A stretch of DNA of 62,395 nt, counting the filler, from Actinomycetota bacterium (GTDB taxonomy: Bacteria > Actinomycetota > CADDZG01 > JAHWKV01 > JAOPZY01): assembly GCA_025963875.1 (NCBI GenBank). It is 3 parts of 3 records of this genome, joined end to end, with 100 filler letters (N's around TTAATTAATTAA, not from the genome) between each part and the next. Parts side by side here need not be neighbours in the genome. Positions count along the whole stretch, not along the records: positions 14,531 to 38,542 come from JAOPZY010000130.1; positions 38,643 to 62,395 come from JAOPZY010000149.1; 1 more part is not named here. The stretch is one strand, 5' to 3'. Every line of letters starts with the position of its first letter. The first letter of the stretch is position 1. Position numbers and translations under genes: made by a program. The notes below the pieces were generated by a model. The model had not been told where the DNA came from. It was given only the letters and a program-made list of their open reading frames with translations, and did not search any database. Of this stretch, positions 29,545 through 39,776 are shown one piece after another.

Positions 29545-31027
29545 CTATTGACCTGGGGCCGGGCAGGCGGTGGGGTCGTAGCTCTGGGCGGCGAAATGGG
29601 CAGGGGTGATGGAGTCGCTGGCTTTCGGGGACGGCGCCGGGCTGGGAACCCGGACGGACGGACCGGGTGTCGCCGCAACCGGTGGGGACGGTGGTGCGAC
29701 GGCGACGTCGGACCCGACGTCCAGCGCCACCCGGCCCGCCGGCACCGACTGATCCGCAGCCAGCATCACCGAACCGCTCAGCCTTGCCAGGACGGTGTTG
29801 GCGTCGGCGAGCGAGCCGGGGTGGTAGCGGATCACCGTTTCCACAGGCTTCCCGGGTGCCGCCATCTGCGTGACGCCGCCCACGATGAACCCGTTGGACC
29901 TGAGGGCGGCTGCCACGGTGCTGCCCCGGCCCGGCGTGCCCGACACGTCGGTGATCGTGAGCGCCACGGCGGCCGGGGCGGCGACCGCCGGGGCCGTGCC
30001 GAGGAAGCCGGCGATCACCTTCCTGCGGCTCGGCCGGCATGTCGACGTCGCCGTAGGCGCCACCCTTCCAGTGGTAGTTGAGCGCCACGCTGATGGGCAA
30101 CGTGGCGGTGGGGACCGTGTCGGGATTGAGCCCCCGGTAGGTGCGCAGAAGCGACAGCATGTCGCCGAAGCTGAATCCGGAGTCGATCGTGACCTGATGG
30201 ACCAGGCTGGCGATGGTGGCCTGCGCCCGGAGCGGGTTGTCGAAGCCCTTCGTCTTCGCCTCGTGCACCAGGACTCTGAGGAACGCCTGGTCCCGTCGGA
30301 TGCGGCCCAGATCCGACAGTGGATCGGTGCTCCAGCTGCCGCCCGCGAAGTACTGGAGATGCCGCGCCCTGACGACCGCCAGCGCCTGGAAGCCGCCGAG
30401 GTGCTGGCAGCCGGTCTGGGCGATATTGAGGCCGGACAACGAGTCCCGAAGTGGCGTCGGGAAGTACAGGTCGATCCCGCCGAGGGCATTGACGACGCTC
30501 TGGAAACCGTCGAAGTTGATCGAGACGTAGTGATCGATCGGGATGCCCAGGTTGCTGGTGATCGCGGTGACCAGGTTCTCGGGACCGTCGTTCAGGGCGG
30601 CGTCGATCTTGCCGACCGGCCCCGACATGCTGTGCGGAGGCAGGGGGACGAAGAGGTCCCGCGGGATCGACAGCAGCGAGGCCGTGCCCTTGGCCGGATC
30701 GAGGTGCAGGACCATCGTCACGTCGCTGCGGGCGCCACCCACCTCCTGGGGGCTGCCGAACAGCTGCGCATCCTGGGGAGCAAGCCCGGTCCGCGTGTTG
30801 TTCCCCACGATCAGGATGTTCTCGGATGTCTTCTGGGTGGCGGTGGGGGCTCGCAGGGCCTGGTGCAGGTTGACCTTCGTCACCTGTCCGAAGCGCCAGT
30901 GGGCGTAGGCATCGACGCCGGCGGCGCTCAGGGCGGCGAGCACGACCAGCGCCAAGCAGGCGGCGACGGCCCGGCGCTGCCAGAGGCGGCGGCCCGGCAG
31001 GAGGTAGCGGCGGCGGGGGCGGTCCAT
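29545..31027 (-). pseudogene. LCP (LytR-CpsA-Psr) protein with a LytR_C domain, frameshifted near 30022
   Basis: NILIVG, RSDVTMV, SIPRD, VRARH, DLGRIRRDQ; after MPAEPQ the C-terminal domain (VIAGFLG...GTPGRGSTVAAALRSNGF...IRYHPG) continues in another frame. Confidence 0.75.
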
Positions 31028-31102
31028 GATGCGGTGGAGAATAGCGTCGGGGGATGGTTGTTCCCTTGACGCGGCTGCCCGCTACCTGCTAGACGAAGCA
31101 TC

Positions 31103-31951
31103 GTGACTCCGCTGGATGTGCTGTGGTTGTTCTTCATCCTCTCCAGCCTGCAGCCGGCCCTGCAGCAGCGGGCCCTCGCGTTGCAGCGGGCTCGGGCGCT
31201 GCGGGCGCTGGAAAAGCGCGAGGGGTCGAGGGTGATCACGATGATCCACCGGCGTGAGGGCTTCGCGTTCCTCGGGATCCCCTTCGGAGGCTTCATCGAC
31301 ATCGAGGACTCCGAAAGCGTGATCCGGGCGATCGAGATGACCGGCCGCGAGGTGCCCATCGGCCTTGTCCTGCACACGCCGGGCGGTCTGGTGCTCGCCG
31401 CCGAGCAGATCGCCGCTGCCCTGGCGGCGCATCCCGCCCGGGTCACCGTGTACGTGCCGCACTATGCGATGAGCGGGGGGACGATGATCGCCCTTGCCGC
31501 CGACCGCATCGTCATGGCACCCTCCGCCGTCCTCGGGCCGGTCGACCCCCAGGTCGGCGAGTACCCGGCGGCGTCGATCCTCGCCGCGGTGGCGAAGAAG
31601 GATCCGAACGAGGTCGACGACAAGACGCTGATCCTTGCCGACGTCAGCCGCAAGGCGCAACAGCAGGTGGAGACCTTCGTCGCCAAGCTGCTCGTCCGCC
31701 TGTTGCCCGCCGACACGGCACAGGAGACTGCTCGCATGCTCTCCGAGGGGCGCTGGACCCATGACTTCCCCATCGAGGTCGAGCATGCCCGGACATTGGC
31801 CCTCCCCGTGTCGACGGAGCTTCCCGACGAGGTGCGCCTCCTCATGCGCCTGTACCCGCAGCCGCGGGGGCGCCGGCCTTCCGTCGAGTACATCCCCACG
31901 CCGTACGAATCACCGCGACGCCCCGGACCGGGCAGGCAGGCCCCCAGCTGA
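31103..31951 (+). CDS. SDH-family ClpP-fold serine protease
   Basis: LHTPGG, PHYAMSGGT, GPVDPQ, WTHDFPI. Confidence 0.9.
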   Translation: MTPLDVLWLFFILSSLQPALQQRALALQRARALRALEKREGSRVITMIHRREGFAFLGIPFGGFIDIEDSESVIRAIEMTGREVPIGLVLHTPGGLVLAAEQIAAALAAHPARVTVYVPHYAMSGGTMIALAADRIVMAPSAVLGPVDPQVGEYPAASILAAVAKKDPNEVDDKTLILADVSRKAQQQVETFVAKLLVRLLPADTAQETARMLSEGRWTHDFPIEVEHARTLALPVSTELPDEVRLLMRLYPQPRGRRPSVEYIPTPYESPRRPGPGRQAPS

Positions 31952-32076
31952 CCTGGCTTTTCGCGAGAGTCCGTCAGGCGAGCGGCCGGTCGCCGATCCA
32001 GTGGCGTGCACTCGGGCCCAGACGGGCCGCTCGATCGTTTGCGAGCTTGCAGCGATCGAGGGATAGGCAGCCGCAC

Positions 32077-32211
32077 CGCGCTCTGACCGAGGCGGCGGCA
32101 GGCCGGATCAGGCTAGTCATCGGGCAGACCTTCCCGTTGGAATGCGCCGCCGACGCTCACCGCGCCATCGAGGCCCGGGATTTGGTCGGCAAGACCTTGC
32201 TGCTGGCCTGA
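32077..32211 (+). pseudogene. C-terminal remnant of a zinc-binding dehydrogenase/quinone reductase
   Basis: Hand translation RALTEAAAGRIRLVIGQTFPLECAADAHRAIEARDLVGKTLLLA*. Confidence 0.65.
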
Positions 32212-32243
32212 AGGACGACCCCGGCGCATTCCTCTTAATCGAG

Positions 32244-32279
32244 ATTCTGTTTGACCACGCTATACGTGGTGAAACAGAA
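32244..32279. repeat. AT-rich palindrome (family copy c)
   Basis: ATTCTGTTTG-ACCACG-CTATA-CGTGGT-GAAACAGAA. Confidence 0.65.
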
Positions 32280-32313
32280 AAAGAATTCTAGAACTGTGTT
32301 TTGAAGCGAAATC

Positions 32314-33243
32314 TCAGCGGGGGACGCGCAGCCGGGGGAGGGCCTCGCCCCGGCGCGACAGCTCACTCCACAACGTCGCCCTGAGGGCACCGGCCCTCGG
32401 GAACTGCGACAGCGGGAAGATCGACAGGAAGGAGGGCCGGGTGTCCGGCTCCCGCCCGAGGAAGCCCACCACCCGTCTCGGTACGAACCGTACAATTCCG
32501 TCCGAGGTCTCCACCCGGCCCCGGGCCATCAGGGCGTCGAGCCGGACCCCGGCGAGGCCCTCGGTGTGGAACGTCAGGGCGGCAGGGCCTGTCCCCGGCG
32601 CCGATTCGAGCTCGACCGAACCCTCCGGCCCAGGCGCCACGCGCACCCGGGCGATCGACGGGTAGCCGTCTGGCCCCGCCAGCGCGACCACGGCCGACGT
32701 GGCCTGCCGCACCCAGCGCAGCAGGGCGTTGAGCTGGGGGCCCGGTGCCATGCTCGGGCGATGTTTCTCCGCTGAGCGGGGGTTTGTTCCCAGACTTCCG
32801 CCGGCGACGTCGGCCAGGAGGTGCACCGGCGTGATCTCGATCCACAACCGTGGCAGGTAGAAGTCGAGGAGCCTCACCGAGAGCGGGTTCAGCCCGAATC
32901 GGGCGGACAGGAACTTCGCCCGCATCTCCCGGACGTACCGGTCGGTGTTGGCCTGGAGGTCGTCGTCGAGCACGACGGCATCGCCCTGCAGCAGCGTCGA
33001 GCCGAAGAGCGCCGCCACGCGGGGGTGTCGCTGTGCGTAGTAGGCCTTGTTCGGGTAGCCGAGCCCCGTCGAAATGCCCAGGATGCCGCGTTCGGGATAC
33101 CAGTACGGCGTCACGGGCCAGCACAGCGGCTCGCCACGAGGCGTGAGGTAGGCGAACTCCGTGATCGACGCAGCGCGGAACTGGGCGGAGAGCAGCCGGG
33201 GGATCTCTGTGCCTTCGGGGCCGCCGGCCGGCGGGCCGGTCAT
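32314..33243 (-). CDS. Pyridoxamine 5'-phosphate oxidase-like (split barrel) protein
   Basis: EFAYLTPRGEPLCWPVTP...YPNKA...HPRVA; ATGA overlap with the upstream gene. Confidence 0.65.
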   Translation of the reverse strand: MTGPPAGGPEGTEIPRLLSAQFRAASITEFAYLTPRGEPLCWPVTPYWYPERGILGISTGLGYPNKAYYAQRHPRVAALFGSTLLQGDAVVLDDDLQANTDRYVREMRAKFLSARFGLNPLSVRLLDFYLPRLWIEITPVHLLADVAGGSLGTNPRSAEKHRPSMAPGPQLNALLRWVRQATSAVVALAGPDGYPSIARVRVAPGPEGSVELESAPGTGPAALTFHTEGLAGVRLDALMARGRVETSDGIVRFVPRRVVGFLGREPDTRPSFLSIFPLSQFPRAGALRATLWSELSRRGEALPRLRVPR

Positions 33244-33932
33244 TCCTCGTCCGTGATGTATTCCGCGTTGGCCTCTTTCAGGTCCTTCACCGTGTCGATG
33301 CCCCGCCAGTAGCCTTCGATCTTGTAGCCGCCCAGGCGCCCGGAGAGCGCGAGCTCGGGGAACGTCGTGTCCTCGTGGTCGCCCTTGTCCGGGAGCATGT
33401 CGATGACCTCGGGCTCCATGGCGTAGATGCCCCCGTTGATCCAGTAGGGGAGGTGGGGGCTCTGGACGAAACCGAGGACGAAGTCGCCCTCGAGGGTGGC
33501 CAGGCCCCAGTTCGACCGGTAGGCGGCCAGGGCGATCGTCGAGAGCGCCGAGATCCTCCGGTGGTGGGCGGCGAGGTCCGCGAGGGGGAACCTGGCGAGG
33601 ACGTCGCCGTTCATGGCGAACCATCCCTCGTCGGCGAAGGGGAGCTCCCTGGCGGCCAGCTTCATACCGCCGCCGCGCCCCAGCGGCGTGTCCTCCACGG
33701 CATATTCGACCTTGATCCCGAGCCGGCCCCCGTCGCCGATGCGGTCCTGGATGACCTCGGCCCGGTAGCCGACCGACATCACCGCGTGCTCGACGCCCGC
33801 CGCAGCGAGCCAGATCAGCTGGTGCTCGCACACGGGGACACCGGCCACCTCGACCATGGCCTTGGGGCGGTCCTCGGTATAGGGGCGAAGCCGGGTTGCC
33901 TGACCGCCCGCCAGAATCACTGCCTGTCGCAT
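33240..33932 (-). CDS. Nucleotidyltransferase (NDP-sugar pyrophosphorylase family)
   Basis: AVILAGGQATRLRPYTEDRPKAMV, NGDVL, INGGIY, YWRGIDT. Confidence 0.92.
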   Translation of the reverse strand: MRQAVILAGGQATRLRPYTEDRPKAMVEVAGVPVCEHQLIWLAAAGVEHAVMSVGYRAEVIQDRIGDGGRLGIKVEYAVEDTPLGRGGGMKLAARELPFADEGWFAMNGDVLARFPLADLAAHHRRISALSTIALAAYRSNWGLATLEGDFVLGFVQSPHLPYWINGGIYAMEPEVIDMLPDKGDHEDTTFPELALSGRLGGYKIEGYWRGIDTVKDLKEANAEYITDEE

Positions 33933-33956
33933 CGCCCTCAGCTTACGGGATCCGCT

Positions 33957-34364
33957 TCAGTTGTGAGGAATTTCCACCAGCTCGACCAGGACACCGTGGT
34001 TTGTCCTCGGGTGCACGAAGGCCACCCGGGTGTTGCGGGAGCCGCGCCTCGGCTCCTTGTCGATGAGGACGAGGTCGTGCTCCCGGGCCGTCGCGAGCGC
34101 CGCCTCGATGCCGTCGACCTCGTAGGCGATATGGTGGAGTCCCTCGCCCCGGCGTTGGATGAACCTCCCCACGGGGGTATCAGCATCAAGAGGGGCGACC
34201 AGCTGCAGGTAGGTGTCCCCGAGGCGGAACATGGCTTCCTCGACGCCCTGTTCAGCCACGACCTCGCGGTGGGAAAGGGTCAGACCCCAAACCCGCTGGT
34301 AATGTTCGATAGAGGCATTCAAGTCCGAAACTGCCAGGGCAACGTGATCCACACGCCTGAGCAC
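33957..34364 (-). CDS. mce: Methylmalonyl-CoA epimerase
   Basis: DHVALAV, EQGV, GEGLHHIAY, AFVHPR..GVLVELVE. Confidence 0.88.
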   Translation of the reverse strand: MLRRVDHVALAVSDLNASIEHYQRVWGLTLSHREVVAEQGVEEAMFRLGDTYLQLVAPLDADTPVGRFIQRRGEGLHHIAYEVDGIEAALATAREHDLVLIDKEPRRGSRNTRVAFVHPRTNHGVLVELVEIPHN

Positions 34365-34388
34365 GGCCTGATCCTACAGGAGGTAACC

Positions 34389-35570
34389 ATGAGCGAATCG
34401 GTCATTGTCGCCGGGGCACGGACCCCGATCGGAAAGTTTCTCGGCGCCTTCTCCAGCCTGCCCGCCGTCGACCTGGGTGGCGTCGCCATCGCCGAGGCCC
34501 TGAAGCGCTCGGCCGTGGATCCCGCCTCGGTCGACTACGTGATCATGGGCCACGTCCTGCAGGGCGGGCAGGGACAGATCACCGCCCGGCAGGCCGCGGT
34601 CAAGGGCGGCGTGGGCATGAACGTGCCCGCCATCACCATCAACAAGGTCTGCCTGTCGGGCCTCAACGCCATCGCCCTCGCCGACCAGCTCATCCGGGCA
34701 GGGGAGGTCGAGACGGTGGTCGCCGGCGGTATGGAATCGATGACGAACGCCCCGTACGCCATGCCGAAGGCCCGCCAGGGTGCCCGCATGGGCAACGCCG
34801 AGCTGGTCGACCTCATGATCCACGACGGCCTGTGGTGCGCGTTCGACCACGTGCACATGGGCGAGGCGACCGACGCCGTCAACGCCGCGCTCGGCATCGG
34901 GCGGACCGAACAGGACGAATGGGCGGCCCGGTCGCACGAGCGGGCGGCCGAGGCCACGAAGGCCGGCCGCCTGGGCGCCGAGATCATCCCCGTCGACACC
35001 CCCGGCCGGAAGGGCGATGGCAATCGGGTCGAGACCGACGAGGGCATCCGGCCCGGCATGACGGCCGAGAGCATCGCCAAGATGCGCCCCGCTTTCACGA
35101 AGGAAGGAACGATCACCGCCGCCAACGCGTCCCAGATCTCCGACGGCGCAGCTGCGGTCGTCGTCACCAGCCGCGAACGTGCCGAACGCGACGGACTGCC
35201 TATCCTGGCGACCATCGTCGCCCACGGCATGGTGGCCGGCCCCGACGCCTCCCTTCCCGCCCAGCCGGCGAACGCCACCGCCAAGGCGGCGTCGAAGCTC
35301 GGCGTCGATCCCGCATCGTTCGACCTGTACGAGATGAACGAGGCATTCGCTGCTGTCGCCCTCTACTCCGCCAAGCTGCTCGGTGTCTCCGAGGACAAGG
35401 TCAACGTCAACGGCGGCGCGGTGGCGCTCGGGCACCCCATCGGCGCCTCCGGAGCTCGCCTCGTCCTCACGCTGGCGATGGAGCTGCAGCGTCGGGGCGG
35501 GGGCACGGGTGCCGCATCCCTCTGCGGCGGCGGCGGCCAGGGCGACGCCCTGATCATCCGGGTGGACTAG
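34389..35570 (+). CDS. Acetyl-CoA C-acetyltransferase (thiolase)
   Basis: [26 protein letters not shown]. Confidence 0.96.
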   Translation: MSESVIVAGARTPIGKFLGAFSSLPAVDLGGVAIAEALKRSAVDPASVDYVIMGHVLQGGQGQITARQAAVKGGVGMNVPAITINKVCLSGLNAIALADQLIRAGEVETVVAGGMESMTNAPYAMPKARQGARMGNAELVDLMIHDGLWCAFDHVHMGEATDAVNAALGIGRTEQDEWAARSHERAAEATKAGRLGAEIIPVDTPGRKGDGNRVETDEGIRPGMTAESIAKMRPAFTKEGTITAANASQISDGAAAVVVTSRERAERDGLPILATIVAHGMVAGPDASLPAQPANATAKAASKLGVDPASFDLYEMNEAFAAVALYSAKLLGVSEDKVNVNGGAVALGHPIGASGARLVLTLAMELQRRGGGTGAASLCGGGGQGDALIIRVD

Positions 35571-35578
35571 CCGCGAGG

Positions 35579-35626
35579 TCCGGAACTTTTCGCGTGCATG
35601 CACGCGATTTTTTCCGAACTTCCGGG
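35579..35626. repeat. Intergenic palindrome
   Basis: Perfect TCGCGTGCATGCACGCGA core flanked by T-tracts and CGGAA/TTCCG. Confidence 0.6.
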
Positions 35627-35642
35627 CCCTACAATGGCGGCC

Positions 35643-36818
35643 ATGGGCGGCGACGGCTTCGAACTGAGCGAGGAGCAGGAGGAGTTCCGCAAGGTCGTGC
35701 GCGCCTTCGCCGAGGAGGTCATCGGCCCCCGCGCCGCTGAGATCGACGAGACCGACGAGTTCCCCTGGGACATCCACAAGGCCATGGTGGCCCAGGGCTT
35801 CCTGGGTATCGGGCTCCCGGAGGAGCTGGGGGGCGCGGGTGGCGGCCCGCTGGACGTCTGCGTCCTCATCGAGGAGCTGGCCCGGGTCTCCGGCGGGGTC
35901 AGCGTGATCCCGCTTGTCAACCGCCTCGCCGCCATCCCGATCCTGCTGGCCGGCAGCGACGCCCAGAAGCGGGAGGTGGTCGAAGGCCTCGTCTCGGGCG
36001 AACACCAGTACTCCTACTGCCTGACGGAGCCGGGGTCGGGCTCCGACGCGGCGGCGATGTCCTCCCGGGCGGTCCGCGACGGCGACGGGTGGCGCCTCAC
36101 CGGCCAGAAGCGCTTCATCACCAACGCCGGGATCTCCGACCGCTACGTCTACTTCGCCGTCACCGACCCCGAAGGCGAGAAGGGCCACAACATCACGGCG
36201 TTCCTCGTGCCCGGCGACGCCCCGGGGTTCTCGCTCGGCCGTTCGGAGAAGAAGATGGGCATCCGGGGCTCCCCGACGAGGGAGGTGTTCTGCGAGGACG
36301 TCCCCCTCACGGACGCCGACGTCATCGGAGAGGTCCACAAGGGCTTCCAGGTGGCCCTCCGGACCCTCGACTTCGCCCGCCCCACCGTGGCCGCCCAGGC
36401 GGTCGGGATCGCCCAGGGCGCTCTCGACCAGGCGGTGCTCTACGTCCGCCAGCGCGAGCAGTTCGGCAAGCCGATCGGCGAGTTCCAGGGCATCCGCTTC
36501 ATGCTCGCCGACATGGCGACCGCCACGGAGGCCGCCCGGCTGCTCGCCTACAAGGCTGCCTCGATGGTGGCCGCCGGCGACCCCCGCACCGGGTACTTTG
36601 CCGCGATGGCGAAGACCTTCGCATCCGATACCGCCATGAGCGTGACCACCGACGCCGTCCAGCTCCTCGGCGGCTACGGCTACATCAAGGACTTCCCGGT
36701 GGAACGGATGATGCGGGACGCCAAGATCACCCAGATCTACGAGGGGACGAACCAGATCCAGCGGGTGGTCATCGCTCGGTCGCTCCTGCATTCGGGTGGG
36801 CCGGGAAGGAAGGCGTGA
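35643..36818 (+). CDS. Acyl-CoA dehydrogenase
   Basis: YCLTEPGSGSD, KMGIRGSPT, GGYGYIKDFPVERMMRDAKITQIYEGTNQIQR; TACAAT-N7-ATG. Confidence 0.96.
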   Translation: MGGDGFELSEEQEEFRKVVRAFAEEVIGPRAAEIDETDEFPWDIHKAMVAQGFLGIGLPEELGGAGGGPLDVCVLIEELARVSGGVSVIPLVNRLAAIPILLAGSDAQKREVVEGLVSGEHQYSYCLTEPGSGSDAAAMSSRAVRDGDGWRLTGQKRFITNAGISDRYVYFAVTDPEGEKGHNITAFLVPGDAPGFSLGRSEKKMGIRGSPTREVFCEDVPLTDADVIGEVHKGFQVALRTLDFARPTVAAQAVGIAQGALDQAVLYVRQREQFGKPIGEFQGIRFMLADMATATEAARLLAYKAASMVAAGDPRTGYFAAMAKTFASDTAMSVTTDAVQLLGGYGYIKDFPVERMMRDAKITQIYEGTNQIQRVVIARSLLHSGGPGRKA

Positions 36819-37588
36819 GCTTCCGTCTGATCTACGAGATCGATCCTCCGCGGGAGGCGACGCTCACCAAGTTCTTCCGCCAGCTCGAGATCTTCGGCGA
36901 CGTCGTCGACGCGGTGCTGATCCCTGACAACCATCTGGGCCGCTCCGCGCTGTCCTCCGTGGCCCTGGCGATCGAGGCGACCAAGCGGGGAGTACGGCCG
37001 ATCGTGGCCCTCAATGCCCGGGACCGCAACCACCTCCGGCTCCACAGCGACTTCCTCACGCTGCGGGCCTTCGGCGTCGAGGAGGTGCTCCTGCTCTTCG
37101 GCGACCGGATCGAAACCGGCCGCAGCGACCTGACCGTCCGGCGGATGCTCGAGCACGAGGGCGGCGACGGGCTGCGCCGGGGCGTCGTGGCCCCGCTCTC
37201 GAAGGCGCTCGCCTGGCGGCGGGCTGCGGATTTTCTCGTGACCCAACTCGGCGTGGCCGGCCTGAAGTCGGCGGCGGCGCTCCGGGAGCAGGCCTGGTCG
37301 AAGCCGGTCTACGGGGGCACCGCCGCCCTGCCCACCCGCGAGATGGCGACCAGGGTCCTCGCCAGCATCCCCGGCTTCACGGTGCCGGACGGGTACCTCG
37401 CCGCGTTCGAGGACGACCCGGAGTCGGGCTTTCGCTTCGCCCTGGAGTGCCTCGACGAACTGTGCGCCGGCGGCGTCGACGGCGCCCACCTCGTGGTGCC
37501 TGCGGGACGGGTCCGGTTCGCCGAGATGCTCGGGGACTGGGTCGCCGCCCGGCGGCGCCCCCCCGCTGTGGTTGAATGCCAGACGTGA
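36815..37588 (+). CDS. Methylenetetrahydrofolate reductase-like flavoprotein (divergent)
   Basis: YEIDPP, IPDN, NARDRN, FGD, ADFLVTQ, GVDGAHL; GTGA overlap with the acyl-CoA dehydrogenase. Confidence 0.75.
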   Translation: MSFRLIYEIDPPREATLTKFFRQLEIFGDVVDAVLIPDNHLGRSALSSVALAIEATKRGVRPIVALNARDRNHLRLHSDFLTLRAFGVEEVLLLFGDRIETGRSDLTVRRMLEHEGGDGLRRGVVAPLSKALAWRRAADFLVTQLGVAGLKSAAALREQAWSKPVYGGTAALPTREMATRVLASIPGFTVPDGYLAAFEDDPESGFRFALECLDELCAGGVDGAHLVVPAGRVRFAEMLGDWVAARRRPPAVVECQT

Positions 37589-37971
37589 CCGAGCCCCTGT
37601 TCACCGGCGGCAACGCCACCATCTACGTCACCGACATGGACCGGTCGGTGCAGTTCTACACGGAGACCCTCGGTCTGCACCTGGCCTTCCGCGGCGGTGA
37701 CAGCTGGGCGCAGATCGACGCCGGCAGGGGACTGACCCTGGGGCTGCACGTGGCCCCCCATGGCGCCGCCCGGCCCGGCACGAACGGATCGATCACCGTC
37801 GGCTTCGAAGTCGCCCAGCCCATCGACGACGTGGCCGAGGAGCTCGGGCGCCGGGGTGTGGCCGTCCGCCGCCCGCCTTCCGAGGGGGCCGCCAAGCTCG
37901 CGTTCTTCAGCGACCCCGACGGCAACTCGCTGTACGCGGCCGAAGTGCCGAAGGGGCCTCCAGCGGGTTAA
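37576..37971 (+). CDS. VOC/glyoxalase family protein
   Basis: IYVTDMDRSVQFYTETLGL...FFSDPDGN. Confidence 0.88.
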   Translation: MPDVTEPLFTGGNATIYVTDMDRSVQFYTETLGLHLAFRGGDSWAQIDAGRGLTLGLHVAPHGAARPGTNGSITVGFEVAQPIDDVAEELGRRGVAVRRPPSEGAAKLAFFSDPDGNSLYAAEVPKGPPAG

Positions 37972-37999
37972 AGGCCCCACCCTGGACTACTCTGGTCGC

Positions 38000-38464
38000 A
38001 TGGCCCCGGTCCTGACCAGGCCCCATCAGCGACGCCTTTCCGACGGGGCGCCGCCTCCCGAGCCGCGTGACCCGGGCGGCCACGGCGGGGGTGACTGGGC
38101 CCTCCTCACCGTCGCCGCCAACCAGGTGATTGCCTACCTCATCCGCGGCAGGCTCGCCGAGGAGGGGATCGAGGTGGTCCTCGACTCGTCCAACGCCTCG
38201 CCCGGCGCCTGGCTGCATCCCTTCGGGGACCCCGCCTCGCCGGTCCGGGTGTTCGTCCGGCGCGCGCAGCTCACCGAGGCCAGCCTGCTGCTGCACGAGG
38301 TCGACCAGGTCGCCGAGGCAGCGAGCCGCCGCCTCTCCGCCGGCGCGAGCGGTAGGGGCTCGTCGTGGATCGGGTTCCGGGTCCTCGTCGCCGTGGCGGC
38401 GGCGCTCGCCCTGAGCGGCCTCCTCGTCTTCGGGCCGTGCGTGTCGCACTGGTTCTGCGTGTAG
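38000..38464 (+). CDS. DUF2007-like putative signal-transducing membrane protein
   Basis: AYLIRGRLAEEGIE...VRVFVRR...EA; C-terminal TM helix. Confidence 0.65.
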   Translation: MAPVLTRPHQRRLSDGAPPPEPRDPGGHGGGDWALLTVAANQVIAYLIRGRLAEEGIEVVLDSSNASPGAWLHPFGDPASPVRVFVRRAQLTEASLLLHEVDQVAEAASRRLSAGASGRGSSWIGFRVLVAVAAALALSGLLVFGPCVSHWFCV

Positions 38465-38467
38465 GGA

Positions 38468-38542
38468 ATGCCCCGGGCGCAGCCGCTGCAGGTCGCCACC
38501 ATCGAGTGGCAGGGGGATCGTCTCGACGTCATCGACCAGACG
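38468..38542 (+). CDS. mtnA: Probable methylthioribose-1-phosphate isomerase N-terminus (3' partial)
   Basis: MPRAQPLQVATIEWQGDRLDVIDQT; only 25 codons before the contig end. Confidence 0.5.
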
Positions 38543-38642
38543 NNNNNNNNNNNNNNNNNNNNNNNNNNNNNNNNNNNNNNNNNNNNTTAATTAATTAANN
38601 NNNNNNNNNNNNNNNNNNNNNNNNNNNNNNNNNNNNNNNNNN
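38543..38642. other. Artificial contig linker
   Basis: N44-TTAATTAATTAA-N44. Confidence 0.98.
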
Positions 38643-38893
38643 TCGCCGACCAGCTCGACCAGGTGGCCAGGCTCACCAACGTCACGCTGGACCAGGTGAG
38701 CTCCCCGTTCGGGTCCCAGGCGCAGGGCCTGACCGGCCCCGTGAGCGAGTTGACCAACGGCCTCACCACCGGCCTGGGCACCACCCTGAAAGGCCTGGTG
38801 GGCGGGCTTCGCCGCTCCGTCGTGCCGAGTTCCGTGGTAACGAGTTCGGTTGTACCGAGCCAGGCGCCGGCGGACAAAAACCAGCTGCCCTGA
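38643..38893 (+). CDS. C-terminal part of a hypothetical protein (5' partial)
   Basis: Open GC3-biased frame from the contig edge to TGA 38893; rich in G/L/T/V. Confidence 0.55.
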
Positions 38894-38913
38894 ACGAGGG
38901 CTCCGTGACAAGT

Positions 38914-38958
38914 AGTTTCCGTCAAAAAGTGTCCCCTCGGCCCTTTTTGACGGAAACT
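38914..38958. terminator. Perfect 16-bp inverted repeat between convergent genes
   Basis: AGTTTCCGTCAAAAAG-N13-CTTTTTGACGGAAACT. Confidence 0.65.
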
Positions 38959-38978
38959 GCCTCGAGGGGGTCGGGGCG

Positions 38979-39776
38979 CTAACCCGACCCACTTACTAGG
39001 CGGGCCCGCACGATGAGGCGCTTGGCTGCGCTCCCCTTCGGGTGGCAGGTCGTGAGTGTGAGGTACGAGCCCTGGAGCGGCGCCACCGCCGACCAGTCGC
39101 CGGGTGACGTGACCCAGGCTGCCGACCCTTTCCGTGGCGCCGGGAGGGGGGAGGCGCCGGCCACCACCTGGTAGGTGCAACGCCGCTGTGGCGTGGCGAG
39201 GGTGATCTCGTCGCCCGCCGCCAGCTCGTCGAGGCCGGCGAAGGGCCGGCCGTAGGTGGTCCGGTGCCCAGCGATGGCCACATTGCCGCGGGCACACGCC
39301 TGCGACGACCCGGGGTAGTGACCGGGGCCCTGGCGCAGCGTCGCCGGGTCGGTGCCCTCGACGACGACGGTGTCCACACCGAGCTTGGGGATCCGGATCA
39401 GGGCCACGCCCTGCCCTGCGTGGACGGCGGGCGGCGTGCCCTTCGAGGTCGCCGGCGCCGGCCCCACGTTGGCCGGAGGCGTCTGCGCCTGGACGACCTG
39501 GGCGGCGAAGTCCCGCCGCAGCCGTGCCTGGGCGCGGCTCGTATAGATGTCGGTCGTCACGGGATAGACGAGCATCCCCAGCCCGAAGACCACCAGCGCG
39601 ACGGCGAGTCCCGCAACGGCCCGGCGCACCCCGGGGCGGGCGAGCAAGGGCACAATGGGGCCAGGGGGAGGGACAAACGCGCCGTGAACCGGTTCACGGA
39701 CCGGGATTGCGGTGCGCTTCGGGTCGGATAGGCGGGATGGATTAGGCAAGTTGGACACACTGACTAAACACAACAT
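38979..39776 (-). CDS. Sortase (class E-like); true start probably downstream of 39776
   Basis: IRIPKLG, GPGHYPGS, IAGHRTTYG, LTLTTCHP...RLIVRA. Confidence 0.92.
   Translation of the reverse strand: MLCLVSVSNLPNPSRLSDPKRTAIPVREPVHGAFVPPPGPIVPLLARPGVRRAVAGLAVALVVFGLGMLVYPVTTDIYTSRAQARLRRDFAAQVVQAQTPPANVGPAPATSKGTPPAVHAGQGVALIRIPKLGVDTVVVEGTDPATLRQGPGHYPGSSQACARGNVAIAGHRTTYGRPFAGLDELAAGDEITLATPQRRCTYQVVAGASPLPAPRKGSAAWVTSPGDWSAVAPLQGSYLTLTTCHPKGSAAKRLIVRARLVSGSG

Noticed and set aside
38643..38893. Sortase substrate next to the sortase
   Set aside because: Ends in NQLP-stop with no LPxTG/LAxTG, TM segment or basic tail
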